A stretch of 64,000 nt of DNA from Lama guanicoe (GCA_013239625.1 MU054187.1:7598358-7662357), one strand, 5' to 3'; positions 48,966 through 62,039 are shown, counted from the first letter of the stretch. Translations and numbers: made by a program. The notes: a model not told the origin generated them from the sequence alone.

Positions 48966-50819
48966 CTATTCATTTGCCTCCTGTGGTCCCTCTTAAGACT
49001 GTTAGAAGAATATTGTGAATGCTCCAGAGTGGGAAAGCGCAGACCATCCTTCTGCACAACATCTACCACATAGATATACTTCTAAATAGCATCGCTGTAG
49101 CTCTGGTTTGGGAAATTGGCATTTTAAAGGGCTCTCCTATAAACAGAAGGAGGCAGAACATTCGTGGGGCAACTCATTGTCTCTCAAGGCAAAAAAAAAA
49201 AAATCCCAATGATCTGTTTCCCTCAGGAATCAATGGTAGGATGCACGGCAAAATTATCTTTTCCCTGCTTCATTTATCCATGAGCACAGCTCTGACTGTA
49301 ATTTGGGTCCTTTATCTTTAGTGCCTGGGCACCGGTGGAATGAATGCCCTTTGTACAGGCAACACACCTGGGAAATGTTGCCATTCCCTCCCTAATGAAA
49401 GCGATGCATAGAACAAAAGGCAAGTGATGGGGCCTTCGGAGAGACACCAGAAAAGCACCAGTTGCACTTGTGAAGATAATGCCGAAGAAGGCCGCTCATA
49501 CCTGAACACACCTTTTAACAACCCGGTCAAACACGCACATTTCCCACGTTAAACATTTGCTTGATCAGTGGGACAATACTTTAACCATACCCTTGCAGGA
49601 GGACAAACTTGGTGGTATACTTGCCTGTGAAGTAATTTACAGCTCAGGTGTTGGTACAAGTTGTGCTAAAAGTGGTTCATAGTCCTCGGAAACTTCGCCT
49701 TGAGACCTGGCCTGATGCGGATTTGTGAGGTCTGTTTTCAAAAATTTGAAAATTATTCTTATGTTTGATCTGCAAGTGAGTTGCAAATAAAATGCATTCA
49801 CTTGCAAGATTTTTACAACTTACCCCAAATCTATATATAATGTTACATGTTGTGTCAATGACCAATAATGTACCAAAGAAACTGATTTATTTTGTGTGGG
49901 GCTGCATTTTAACATTTTACCTAAATTTTCATTTTTTAATTTGTTTTAGACCCAACCTCCCCCCACCCAAATAGGTCTGTGGCTCAAGCAAATTTGTACA
50001 GTAGCTTAAGGGAATGATTTCACTTAGCCGATGTGTAGTTCCCCCTCTCCTTAAATCGCAGGTATAGAGCTACACAAAATGGTAGATGTATTTCTTGTAT
50101 ATGAATTACAATGCCGCATGGGGTCTGCTCTGAAATCTAACTCCACAGGGAAACCAAATGATCAAGGCCAAGAAATCAGTCCCACGTACGCTGTGGAAAG
50201 GGAAGGGATTCTGTCCTTACACACTTTCTTCATTCAATTCTCTGTCACATTGTATATATTTACATACAACATAGAATTATGAATACCAAGTTATTCTTAA
50301 AAATTACTCACACTTTTTATACTTCTACCTTAAATGTGGCATTTCAGAAATCTTTCTTGTCACTTGTTCTCTTAAAATTCCCATTTTCACTTACACATGT
50401 ATTTTTCATGTGCACGTGAATGCTTTACAATTTCTGTCCGGCGTTTCCTTCAGCCCTGCATCTCCAACTGCTTCTTAAACCATCCACGCACAGCACATCT
50501 AGCAAAATCAATACCGCTTTTAGCTCCTCCTACGAGCCAAGCACTCTGCTAGGCCCTGCTAAGATAAAACGAGGAATCAAGCAGAGCCCTGTCTTCTGTG
50601 AATCTCTAATAACCACATACAAAGAGCGTTCATAAGGCGCAGTGATAAACAGTGGATGGGTTCAACGACGCAGGCTCCGATTTGGGAGCGGGAGACCTTG
50701 ACTTTTCCTAGGGGGGTTGGGAAATACCACGGGACAAGCAGGTTGGAACAGGGTCAGCCTCTGACAGACACAGGAAAGAGGGGGAGGGGAAGGGAGGAGC
50801 CTTAGAAGAACGAGGCTGA

Positions 50820-50990
50820 AAAACTAGCGCTGCCTGCGGAACAGGGCGGGAAAGGAGAGCTGCAGCGGCGGAGGGCGGAGGGCGGAGGCCGAGCAGCCGC
50901 AGCGGGGGGGCGGGAGGCAGGCGGGCGCGCTCCACCGCAGGGGCTTTGAGCGCCACGTGGGGGAAAGCCACGGGAAGGCATGGCAGGTTG
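50820..50990. promoter_or_regulatory. Small CpG-rich GC-box cluster (putative regulatory element)
   Basis: Very GC- and CpG-rich; several GGGCGG boxes; CACGTG E-box at 50954-50959; CTCF-like site at 50950-50963. Confidence 0.45.
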
Positions 50991-51124
50991 TGTGTATGTT
51001 AGCAAGGCATTCTGAGGACAGAGGGAAGGACGGATTTGGGACAGATTGTAGACAGAGGGAGCCGGTCAACAGGACACGGAGGCGACCTTCGAAAGCATTG
51101 TAGGGATTGCGAGGCTTGAGTTTA

Positions 51125-51310
51125 AAGAGCAGCTCTGCACATTCTTGCTGTGTGAGCTCGGGCAGCTCATTAACCTCTCTGAGTGCCGTCCTTAGCCTGT
51201 AACGTGGGACCAAGAGAACGGGTCTCAGTGTAAGTGAGACTATATACACAATGGCCATCACATCTGTGCCTGGCATATACTTAGTAAGCGTTCCAAAATT
51301 TCAGCTAAGA
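51125..51310 (+). mobile_element. MIR SINE
   Basis: gctgtgtgagctcgggcagctcattaacctctctgag...gtgcctggcata...tagtaagcgttc. Confidence 0.7.
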
Positions 51311-51394
51311 GTTGAAATTACTCATTGGGATAGCTACAGTTTTTGATAGATTCGATTCACCGTGGGACCTATTGATTCATCCAGTTATCTATTC

Positions 51395-52130
51395 AATCAG
51401 TAAATGAGAGTGACTCTGGCTTTAACCTGAGTGAATTTGGAGCCAATGGGAAATTTGTGCAGAAGAGTGACATGAACGAACACAGTCTTAAAGAACGACC
51501 TTGTGCTATGTAGGATGGCAAGGGTGGAAGAGGAGAGATGAATTAGGACGGTGTTGCAACAGTCAAGGCAAGAGAGGACGGTGATGGGGAGCAGGGTGGT
51601 AGCAGCAGACCAGGTTACACTCTGCATACTTTGAGAGTATAACTGACAGAATTTGCTATGGACTGAATGTGGGGTGAAGAGAAAGAGAGGATGTAAAAAC
51701 GACTCCAAGACCTTGGGCCTGAGCACCTGGAAGAAGGGATTTGCCATTTAGAGAGATGGCAAAGATGGTGGGAAGGGCCAGCGTGTTGACAAAGGAGGAG
51801 GGAAATTGGGAGCTTGATTTGATTAGCTCTCTGTCTCTATTAGGGATTCAAGGGGAGGTAGAAAGTATGAAGTTGGATATGTGAGTTTGGAGTTCAGGAG
51901 AAGTCTGGGCTGGGAATATTCATTTGGGAACCTTTAAAATGGAAGTGGCATTTAAAAACCCATGGCTGGACAAGATCATCAGAGAAGAGAAGAGGTGCGT
52001 CTGAGCCTGAGCTTTAGTCTGTCCACATTTGGAGGCTGGGGTGATAAAAAGCAACCTGTGAGGTGGAGGGAGAGTGGGGTTCCGGCAACCAAGGGAAGGA
52101 GAGATTTCAAGGAGGAAGGAGGGAGTGAAA
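51395..52130 (-). mobile_element. L2 LINE fragment
   Basis: actgacagaatttgctatggactgaatgtggggtg...gactccaagaccttgggcctgagcacctggaagaa...gagttcaggagaagtctgggctgg. Confidence 0.85.
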
Positions 52131-52329
52131 AGCTCTGTCCAGTGTGGCTGTTCGGACAAGGGGCAGCATGGAGCTCGGCGGTATTTCTCCTAGGATTTGT
52201 TTTGGTGTTAAGTGAGTTATCAGGTGAACACTGTAGGCATTACAGGATCATCTCCTCTAGCACTCAGTTTCCACCGTCCATTCTCATTTCCTAACCATCA
52301 ACCTAGAATAAGTCATAAGTGGTCATTTG

Positions 52330-52630
52330 GCAGGTCCTCTCCGACAGGTGTGATTTGAGACACCAGGATGGTAGCTCCTTCATCGCTGCTGAAGATCTCC
52401 GGGATGAGCAGCTCCCCGCCAGCCACTTCTGTGTTTGAACAACCTGAGGTTGAATTCATTCTTCTTTATGTTTAACTGAACTCTATCTGTGGGGCTCATT
52501 TCTTCCCCGTAGGTCCTCTGCCAATGTGGAGAGCAATCATCGTCACCTTCGTAAAAATGCCCTTTGTCTACCTGAGATCAGTCACCAGACCATCTCCTAG
52601 CCTGTCCTTCCTTGGAATAAACAACACTGT
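52330..52630 (-). mobile_element. CR1/L3-like LINE fragment
   Basis: ttcttctttatgtttaactgaactct...gccctttgtctacctgagatcagtcacca...ccttccttggaataaacaac resembles antisense L3. Confidence 0.45.
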
Positions 52631-52865
52631 CGCCTTTCATCTTCACTTAAAGCCCCCACTTCTGCCCTCCCCGTGTGTCTGAGGAAAGCACACTGAGTAA
52701 GTATGGTCTTCTTGGGGCTTTCTTGCCTTCTAGGCTGGCAGGCATAATTTTTTATGATATTCATAATTTACGAGCATATCTTTACTTAGGAGAGGCAAAA
52801 GAATGAATTTCTTCAGATCTCACATTCTGCCAGGACCTGACCTCCGTGGTATGCTCACCCAAAAA

Positions 52866-52905
52866 GTGTGTGTGTGTGTGTGTGTGTGTGTTTGTGCGTG
52901 TGTGT
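52866..52905. repeat. (GT)n microsatellite, imperfect
   Basis: Read directly. Confidence 0.9.
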
Positions 52906-53301
52906 ACTGACAGAGAGTATGGGGTGGGAGGGGAGGACCTGACTCACAGTTTAGCTCAGAGAGAGTCACTTCGCCTCTGGTGGCCCTTTGCCAGCCAGCA
53001 TGGTTGGCTGGCCGCTGTCACTTATTAGCAAGATCCCGTGTTTCAGTATGTCTGTGTGCCCTTGAAATGTCTGAAGGATTTGTCTTGCTTCTAAACCAGA
53101 TAAAAAGCTGGAGCTGTGTCCAAGGAGCTTGGCTTCCTGAAACTGTTACTCACTCTTGTCCTTCTTCCAAGACATCCCCTGTCCATCCCCCAAGTCTAAA
53201 CCTTTGGGCCATTGGAAATAGTGACAAACGGGCAGAAAAGCAATCTTGGGAAGAAAGTGTTCCAGGTCACAGGTGCTTCAGAAATCGAGTGTTCTGGAGA
53301 T

Positions 53302-53373
53302 TGCAGGGTCACGGCCGAGCGCAGGGTCACGGCCGACTGCAGGGTCACGGCCGACTGCAGGGTCACGGCTGAA
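53302..53373. repeat. 18-bp minisatellite, four units (YgcagggtcacggccgaN)
   Basis: Units start at 53302, 53320, 53338 and 53356. Confidence 0.92.
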
Positions 53374-54124
53374 CAGCGGTCTCTGACTCACCGGGCTTTT
53401 GTCAGTCGCACAGGGTTGTTTAGCTGGTTGAGATTTTGCAGATTTAACATCTTTGACACTAATAATACCTCATGCATTTAAATCAGTTTTGGCCACTCAA
53501 CTTGGTGAGACAACCAATAGGTTAATCAACATCTCTGGTTTATAAACCCTGTGACTTTAGTTTTCCCGTATGTAAAATAGAGTGTCCTGTAATTGTGAAC
53601 TGAGAATGCACTTCGATATGTGTTAAGGCAAAACCTCTGTTCAGTGAGATGCTTTATTTGTGTGAACACCACACAGGATAGGAAACTAAGGTGCCTCACA
53701 AAGGAGATTTGTAATTGTGTGGCTGCGCCCAGACACCCTAACAGTATTGGTGTCTGCGATCACGGATCTGCTGATCCGCTTCGATGTTCTGAAGCCTTGA
53801 GTTTCTCAAAGGTTAAAGCTGAAAATAAAAGCAACATTGCTTTGTGATGCCTATTGATCCCGAGTTTATAATAATGTCTTCGGCATCATGGGGGAAAATC
53901 ACTGCTTATCCTGAGACCACGGTTTGCGTTCAGTCTTAGCCACTGAGGCTATTAAATGGGCCGGCGGATGTTCTCCGGAATGCTCTTCTAAATGTTTCTC
54001 ATTTAACTACACAAAATATGTGAAAATGATAGGCCTCCGTGTCAGAAATCCACAAAAGCAAGAGGGAGGAACTCCAGCTCCTCTGTTCTTATCTCGCCCC
54101 TGCTGACTGCAGAGGTCTCCGAGC

Positions 54125-54165
54125 GGGGGGGGGGGGGGGAAAAAGGGGGGGGGGGGGGGGGGGGG
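54125..54165 (+). repeat. G15-A5-G21 homopolymer tract
   Basis: Read directly. Confidence 0.85.
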
Positions 54166-54914
54166 CAGAAATGAAATTTATCACCAGATAAAGCTTCCAA
54201 AAGACCAGGCGGGTGAAGGAAAGTGTCTTTCTCCAGTAGATGGTATTTTCCACAGGGCAGGGTGAGGCTCCCGGACCCTGGATTCACCACATGAATCAGC
54301 TCGGAGCCGAACAACAGCAGAGCATGCAATGGTGCACGAATGCGGACTGAAATTTTTAAAAATGTGCACTGACCTTTTGGGAGCTTTCATGCTGTTTAAG
54401 GATCTACTGACCTACAGGCAATTACCGCACATAAATGCCTGGCTTCTGCTGGGAATTCAACTCCCAGCTTTCGCCTGCTGCTTCCCGCCTTCCCTCCTCT
54501 CTCCAAGCAGCCGTGTTCTGCGGCCAGACCCCAACTGCTCCAGCCCACAGGGAGAGCGTGGGGCCAGCCTCTCCGCCCGGGCTGGCTCCGGACTGCTGTT
54601 TGCTTGCAAACATTCAGTTACTAGGAAATGTGGAGTCAGCTCGGCTCCTGTTCCACTTAATTTTCTTCACCCCATGCACTGAGTTTTTCCCTTCTGCTGC
54701 CCCAGCTCTTCTTGCTTTTCCCAGGACGGCCGAGCTCGCCCCATCTGCAATCTGTGCTTCCTACGAAGTTCCTTAGTTGCCTGCTTGACCTCAGCTGCCC
54801 TGCCTAGATTTTTTTTTTTATTACCTGAGGCTTCCAAATCCACCCTGGAAACCTAGTGGTAGCAGCTGGAGCACTGGTGGCAGCAGCGACGACTGCATGA
54901 ATGGAGGCGGTGAC

Positions 54915-55110
54915 AGGGCACTGATGTGGGAGTCAGATCTGGGTTCAGATTCTGCCTCTGTTCTTGTTCTTGTAGGCAAGCTGCTTACCCCTTCTGAGAG
55001 CCTCGGCTTCTTCAACTGTACAGAGGAGATAATGTCAGTCTGTGGCAAGGATGAAATACAACAACGTATAGAACTTCCAGGACGTACACGCTGCCCTAGG
55101 CAACGTGCTG
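54915..55110 (+). mobile_element. MIR SINE
   Basis: ggagtcagatctgggttcagattctgcctctg...ggcaagctgcttaccccttctgagagcctcggcttcttcaactgta. Confidence 0.75.
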
Positions 55111-55209
55111 GGGTCTGTGAGCCGATGCACGAGGCAAACTGCAACGATAAACTATTTGAGGGTGTGAGTCTAAGTGTGAGAAAAGCTCAGATTGAATCCA
55201 GGTTTTAAA

Positions 55210-55860
55210 TGAAATTGAAAGCTAACAATGGGAGATGAACCACAGGGCAGAGACAACTGACGAATTAATGTGAAAGACGATGTGTTATAGGAATCGACTC
55301 TGGAATAATCAAGAAAGATTTTATGGGAATGGTGCAATTTAAACTAGGTCTTCAAGATGAGTAGAGTTTTAACAGAGGAGAGAGGGAGGGCGTGCTGGGC
55401 AGGAGCCACCGGCACAGATGCGTAGGGGAGACACAGATGCGTAGGGGAAGCGCAGGCACAGGGGACATGCAGGTCCTCTTCTGGCTGGAGCAGAGGGTTG
55501 GTTCTGCAATGGTGGGGAAATCGGCTGACAGAAGTTTGGGGACAGGGGTTCTTTGCCAGATTTAGCAAATAAAAATTTAGGATGCCCAGTTAAATGTGAA
55601 TTTCAGATAAACAATGAATAGTTTTTCAGTTGAAGTTATGTTCCAAATATTGCATACTTACACTAAAAAAATTTATTTGTTGTTTATCTGAAATTCAAAT
55701 TTATCTCAGCATCCTGCATGTTATCTGGCAACTTGAACTTAAATGCCAAGCCAAGGATTCTTCCCTTGACCTTGCAACACTGAGGGTTTTTAAGAGAAGA
55801 GTAAACTGATGAAAAAAGCATTTTAACAAAGATCCACTTGAGAAAATGCCAGAATGGCTT
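55210..55860 (-). mobile_element. L2 fragment interrupted by MER53
   Basis: aatcaagaaagattttatgg..ggtgcaatttaaactaggtcttcaagatgagtag...; resumes as cttaaatgccaagccaagga...cactgagggtttttaag. Confidence 0.6.
55553..55732. mobile_element. MER53 hAT MITE (palindromic)
   Basis: ttgccagatttagcaaataaaaat..aggatgcccagttaaatgtgaatttcagataaacaa ... ttgtttatctgaaattcaaattta...atctggcaac; long internal inverted repeat. Confidence 0.88.
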
Positions 55861-55862
55861 GC

Positions 55863-55882
55863 AGAGAGAGAGAGAGAGAGAG
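55863..55882. repeat. (AG)10 microsatellite
   Basis: Read directly. Confidence 0.9.
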
Positions 55883-58800
55883 CTTAGAGCCAGGAAGGTT
55901 GGCCACTGTACAGTCTCTTCCAGTTTAAACCCTTGCTCTCAGATATATATAGATGAAATTCTCTTGATAGCGTAAAAGCCAAAGATATATTTGTTTTTTC
56001 TGCAATTTAGAAATTACAGAATGTGAGGATGCTGGAGGAAATAGAGTGCCGAATGTGAAGATGCTTCTAATTAACATTAATCCAGGCTCCAAGGACTGTT
56101 AATACAGGAGCTGGCATCAGGAGCCCGTCATATCATTAGTGGAGGGGGACCACCCCAGCTTTTTCTAGAATTCTGTTGATGAAACTTAGTGATGAACATT
56201 TTTTCTGGACGCTGTTGCTTTGTTTTGATTTAGAGTCCACCAGGACAAGGAAGAAGTTTAAACAGTAATGTTCTCCTTGGGTATTCCTTTTGACAGACTT
56301 AGAAAGCACTAGGACATACTTTTTATTCAATTTTAGAGATTGATCTGGTTGCCATTTGAAATTAGCTTTCCCTATTGAATGCCTTTTTACTCTTTCGGTG
56401 GAAGAAAACAAAACTTTAGGGTTTTTTTCTTTTCTGGATAAAGGAAATTTCTAAGGTTATGATTTTAAGAGAGTTTTCAATGTAGTTTTTTCTCTTTTTA
56501 TCTAATTTTATCAAATTTATCAAATTTGATCTAATTTGCTGAAATTCAGCCTGTTGAAAACTAATAGTATTATACATCTTGTTGATGGCTTGATGATTTC
56601 CTCAAGCAATTTTATTAAATATTTTCCCTGAAAGAGAAGAGATCCAAGTAACACATCCAACCTGAAACTGATTTTAAAGATGCTGAAAATATGTATGTGT
56701 AATGACAAACTTTTTCATTAGTTAACTAAGTTAAAATATGTATTTGCAGAATCCTATTAATGTAGAAAATTCAAGTGCTTACCTTTGTTACCAGGTGCAA
56801 GAACAGGTACAAATTAATATCAGACGCTCTTATACAATGGTCAGTTGAGATCTTATTCTGAAAATGTCTTAATGAGGACACGAAGTGCACATCCCTGGTA
56901 ACCACTTTCTTTAGACGCACTGGTGACTCTTTAATTATTGAAGAGCAGTCTTTGCTCCCCAGTATCAGAAGTTTGGGGTGATGTTAAATTGTTTTTAGCA
57001 TGTGAAGCTTTCTCACTTATAAGCACTTAATACGTGTCCCCAAAGAAACATGATTCTCTAACTACTTAATCTCCCAAAGGTGACGTTTCTTCAGATGAGG
57101 ACATTCAGGTGCAAAGATGCAAATGATAAAGAGGCATCTCCATCTGATGGTCAGGCTAAAAGTCAACCCAGGGAACCAAATCTGTAAAAAGTCACATGCA
57201 AAGACGCACTCTAGAGGACTAACCTAGAAGGTCCACCAATTCAGAATGTGCGATCTGGTAGCTCATGAATGACACCCCAGTCTGTCACGATGCTGATGCA
57301 AGGCTAACGGCTGCAATGACTTGCCTGTGCTGGTGCTGGCCACGGACATGCCCCTCTCCTCACCCAGGAGACAGCAGAGGTGAATCTGCTCACCAGGGAG
57401 ATGCACCTTTCCCGGTTTCTGTGCTCTGAGCTCCAGAAATTGAGAACAAGTGGCCAGAGTCAGCTGATAGATATATACTAACCCCTTGAGTTTAATTTTG
57501 GTTGAAGATTTTGCTCCTTCATTTGCTTGGAATTTTGAGTACCATTCTCTGTACAGCTGGAATCTTTATAGTTAACTGAGGAAAATTCTTGAGGATTATG
57601 CAAATGAATTTAAGTTTAGGAAAACTGGCCTTCCCTCCAAATCCCATTTTTAATTCTCTGGATGAGTCTTGGAATTACTTTCAAAATGCCCTTCACTCTT
57701 TTGACCCCCTTCACCCCAACTTCATTGTCTCAAACACCTTGGGCTGGTTTCGCCTATGTTTACCAATGTCACAGCCTCCTTCACAGCTGTTCCCCTGCCT
57801 CCTCCCCTCCCCTTTACAGAATGAGGTAAAATGCGTAAGTGCCTGGAGCAAATGAACACAAGAGTTATTTCGGCACCGAGTCCCATGAGAGCTAAAGCAA
57901 GAAGGATAAAGCCAAGCAGTCTTGATTTTGTTTTTTCAAGCTTATTCCAAAATTTTGACGCATGGGCCATTGCTTATTTTCATGACTACCTAAGTTTTGT
58001 TGCCCTGGCTGATATTTCTTCTTTCATTCCCTCGAAATATATCAATATCGGTATCTATCCGTTTCTGCATCTGGATATGCATTTATAAACTTTCAACTAG
58101 TTTTGTTGAAGATGACATATGCTGGGATAAGGACTAAAGGAAAGCTTTAGTTTGGCCCAGGGGTAAGAGGATCAGCATTTCCTTTCATGTAGAAAAGTTT
58201 CTAAGGCCTCCTTTCTGATATCTTCTTAAATAATGTGGGACGATTGAGTCTTTTTAAAAATAGACCTACTGCCCTTTGCCTGGAGCTAGCAAAAAGTCTT
58301 TTTTGAGGTGAATTAGTGTGACTTTAAAAAAATCTATATCCTATAAGCTCAGGGTCCTTGGGAGAAGACAAGCTGACGTGCACATACCTTTTTTTCTTGG
58401 CCCCAAAATATGACGGAAATCTGTATTTTCATTTCATATAAATTGAGAATTTTATAAGTTCTTGAGTAACCGTTAGGGTTTTCCCAATCGAGCAGTCTGC
58501 CACATGCATGGAGAGGGAACGCTCATGAAGACAGTGCATTAAAAAAGTAGTTCTTCAATGCCAGCGAAGATGCTCCTCGACCCAGCCGAGCAGTCAGCCA
58601 CGTTCTCCATGCCAGTCATTCCATCAGCATGTAGAGCGATGATACTTTTTATAAAGGATGAGGTCAAATGTGTCATGTTCCCGTTAGAGGAGACGGTGTT
58701 GCATTAGATCAGGATGATGGTTCTCTGAGAAGATGGGGCTGAAGCTCAGGGTAACAGCCATAAGGATGGTGGGAAGTGATAAGAAACTTGCCACTGTTGA

Positions 58801-61800
58801 AATCAAATAGGAGTCTGGATACAGTGAGGAAACCTACAGGAGACCCGGAGCGATGTCTGCAGCATATGGGAGCCCTGAGCTGTCCAAGAAAGGTGGCACC
58901 CTGGTATGCCAACAGTTTCCTTCCTCACTGTGATATTAAAAATGTGCTAAACACAGCCTCATATTAAAAAAAAATCTTTAAAAGTTCAGGAATCTTCTTT
59001 TGGATTACATCTTTTTTAAATCTAAGAAAATATTGTTGTTGCAAATGAATGTATAAATATTTTAATACTTTAAAAGCTCCTAGAACCCACTTAAAAGATT
59101 ACTTGTCCAATGAGTGTATCTTTTCGTCTCCAGATCACTCTTACAGGCTAAACCAGAGGGTGCCTGTGTTAATTCCCTTTTGTGAAAACAGCTTCCAAGT
59201 GTTTACTGGCTGAAGAACGCAGTGAGTAGAACTGGCTAGTTTAACATCATTCCCTGAACTAACGCAGCACAGATTGGAGTTTCTGGAACAAAGCTATCAT
59301 GTGCTTATGCATTTTACTATTTTGACACAAAATATTTTCTGGGAAGCTGCATGTAACCTGGTGTCCTATACCTTCTAAAATCAAAATTGTTAGCATGAAA
59401 TAAAATAGGTTAGCCTTCCAAACATTTCCCATGCTCCAAATAAAGGCGATGCCATGCAATCTGAAATCCTTCCAACAGAGGGCTCTATGGGTTTGATTTA
59501 GATCGAGAAAGAAAGTGAGAGAAAACTACTTGGGTTTAGGTTGCTATAGTAAATTCTGCATTATCCTTAAAAATAGAACCGATAAAAATGGAGTCAGTTG
59601 AGTTGAACTGGAAGAATCATCCAAAGATTAAATGTAAGACCTATTCTTACAAGACAGAATTTCATAATTCTCTGAATTGATGTTCTTTTCAAAAGACAAA
59701 ATACATTTTACCATCTCTAAATAAGAGAGCAGGCAAATTAGAGATACTCCATGCTTTGAAGTACTATTAATATTCCCTCGTTCAGTTACATTTTAAAAGA
59801 AAAAAGGAGCTACTGGATTCATTCTCTCTTTGGAGACATTTTATCTTTGCTGTTGGCAAATGATTTAGTGTTGGTGAAAGGAGATGTGGTATGTACGTAA
59901 AATGCATTGTAAATATTTAATACACAAAATATATGTTTGTATGCATGCAAAATGAAAAATGCTAGTGAAATATTTTACAAAGACAAGTGATAACTGTTTA
60001 GAAAGGTGAAGTACAAAGGCTTAAGAATAAGCTCTAGTGAAATATATATTTCTTTACGAATGCATATTATACAGTTCACTTTTTCATATTAGGCCTAACT
60101 TCTTATTCTATTTTCAGGTCGAAGAAGCTTGCAATATATGCATTAAAGTAAAGCAAAGAATAAACTAAAATAATAAGTTACTTTTGGACTATAAATCTTT
60201 GTCTTTAACTTTTTGATCTCATCTCTTTCAGTGGTCGTTGAAATCTATGCATTCATTATAGTCTATGAGCAGACAGCTTTTAAAATTCTTAACCCATCTG
60301 ATTATGTGTGATTGAAAATGTTTGTTTCATGTGAGATCGATGGTGTAACTAGTATTCAGTTGAAATAAATATTTTGAGCTTTGGTTATATTTCCTAAAAT
60401 GCATTTACCTAAAATTCCAAAAATACTCTTTTAAAATATTTTTCAATGTCATTTAGAAATACTGGCATCTAAATAAATGCCTGTATTCACTACCTAAATG
60501 TTTCCTTCTAGATCTTATTGAATTCAAATGCAGATTATGATTTAATATTCTTGGTAACCATTAGTATATAAACTATGTATAATGAATGTATGTTTTCTGT
60601 GATAGTATATTAATATATTCAGTATTTATAATCTATATTTCTTCAAAAGGACTATCTTTATTTTCACTCTAATGGCTTTGACCTGCTAAGATTTTGCTGT
60701 ATAAGATATTTTGATCTGATTATATTAATAAACAAGTCCTTATTTATTTTGAATATGTTCATAACATATGTCCTTACTATAATCTCTTACCAAGTAAATA
60801 AAATTTGATTTGATTATCTCTAAAAACATTTTCAATGTTTTTTATTTACAAAATATTTTGCTAAAAAAGAACGCTGTAAACACAATTGCAGCTTGAGTGT
60901 TTATGTAGAAGAATTTGATTACCATTTATATTTCAACGTGTCTTTTGTTTTTTTTTTTTTCCTATGAATTGAGGAAGAGAGACTTCCAATAAAACCCAAA
61001 GATTCAAAAATTATTTATAGTCCTTTCAGGTGTTTTTTTTTTAATAAAATTCTTTTTGTGCAGTTTTCATTGTGAATAAATGTTGTCTAATTTTTATTTT
61101 GTTTTGTTTAAAATGCAATCATCTGGAGCAAGAATGATGACTTTCAATGGACTTTCTAATAATGATTCAATAACAGGAAACAACTTTGGCTTCCTAAGGC
61201 TGCTATTTTCATATTGTAAGGTTTTACATGTATTTCCAGAATTTTTTTTTCCTGCAAATTCTTCCAGAATATTTCCCTCTTCACATATAGGGAGAATTAT
61301 TTTGTTTCCTTGTTTTTACTTGTCGACGATGGACTTAAAGCCACAAACCCTATTTCCTGAAGGTGCAGAGGACAGAGTGCGTGCGGCGCGCACACAGGCA
61401 AGTATCCTTGGCTAAAATAATTGTTCTTTTCTGGGGTCCAGGTATTTACATAACTTTTCCAGGTGGTGGTTGACCTTCACTAATATTTCAGTCTTTTTTA
61501 TTTAAAAGATGATTACATGAAAAAACAAGAAACGCTGAGTAAAGATAAGGTGGCTAGATTTTAGGCTCTGTTTCCACTAAAGGTAACGATCATCCAAATC
61601 TCAGCATATGTTTATACAATGTCAGCAGAGCCTCTCTACAGGTAAAATGCAAAACGGAAGTCGTAAAGTGGAATACCCATCATGTTTTCAGCGAGGCGGA
61701 GATCAGCAGTCTTTGCATCTGAGAGTATGGCTTGGTATGGTTAAATGAAAACAAAAAAATAATAATATTTTCTAAAACCAGTACACAAAGCTAATGGTTG

Positions 61801-62039
61801 GCTTCGTGCACCTGCCAGTTTGGGATGCTATTAAAGCCACCCTGGAAATTCTCCTTTCTTTGTGCAATATTTTATGCCTTCCTTCTCTTCAGGGCAGATT
61901 GGTTCTGCCTGCACTTTATTCCTGAACCCACGTTCATTCGAAATGGATTGGCAGACTTAAATGCTCTATCCCGGGTTGCGGCTGCTGACTAATAATGCCC
62001 TCCCCCACCGCGCTCCCACCCCGTCACACTCGTGATCGC

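Noticed and set aside
49501..49625. Minus-strand exon-like segment (similar ones at ~56782-56857 and near 58387)
   Set aside because: Splice-like motifs are present, but such sites are common by chance and I found no recognisable coding frame or other support.
50708..51276. Pro/Ala/Arg-rich ORFs over the GC-rich patch
   Set aside because: Stop-codon scarcity is explained by high GC content, and part overlaps a MIR. There is no homology I recognise.
53302..53373. CRISPR-like repeat array
   Set aside because: The units are contiguous with no unique spacers, there are no cas genes, and the context is eukaryotic. It is a minisatellite.
59880..60900. Very AT-rich stretch as an old L1 or DNA transposon
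   Set aside because: Too degenerate to assign to a family by eye.
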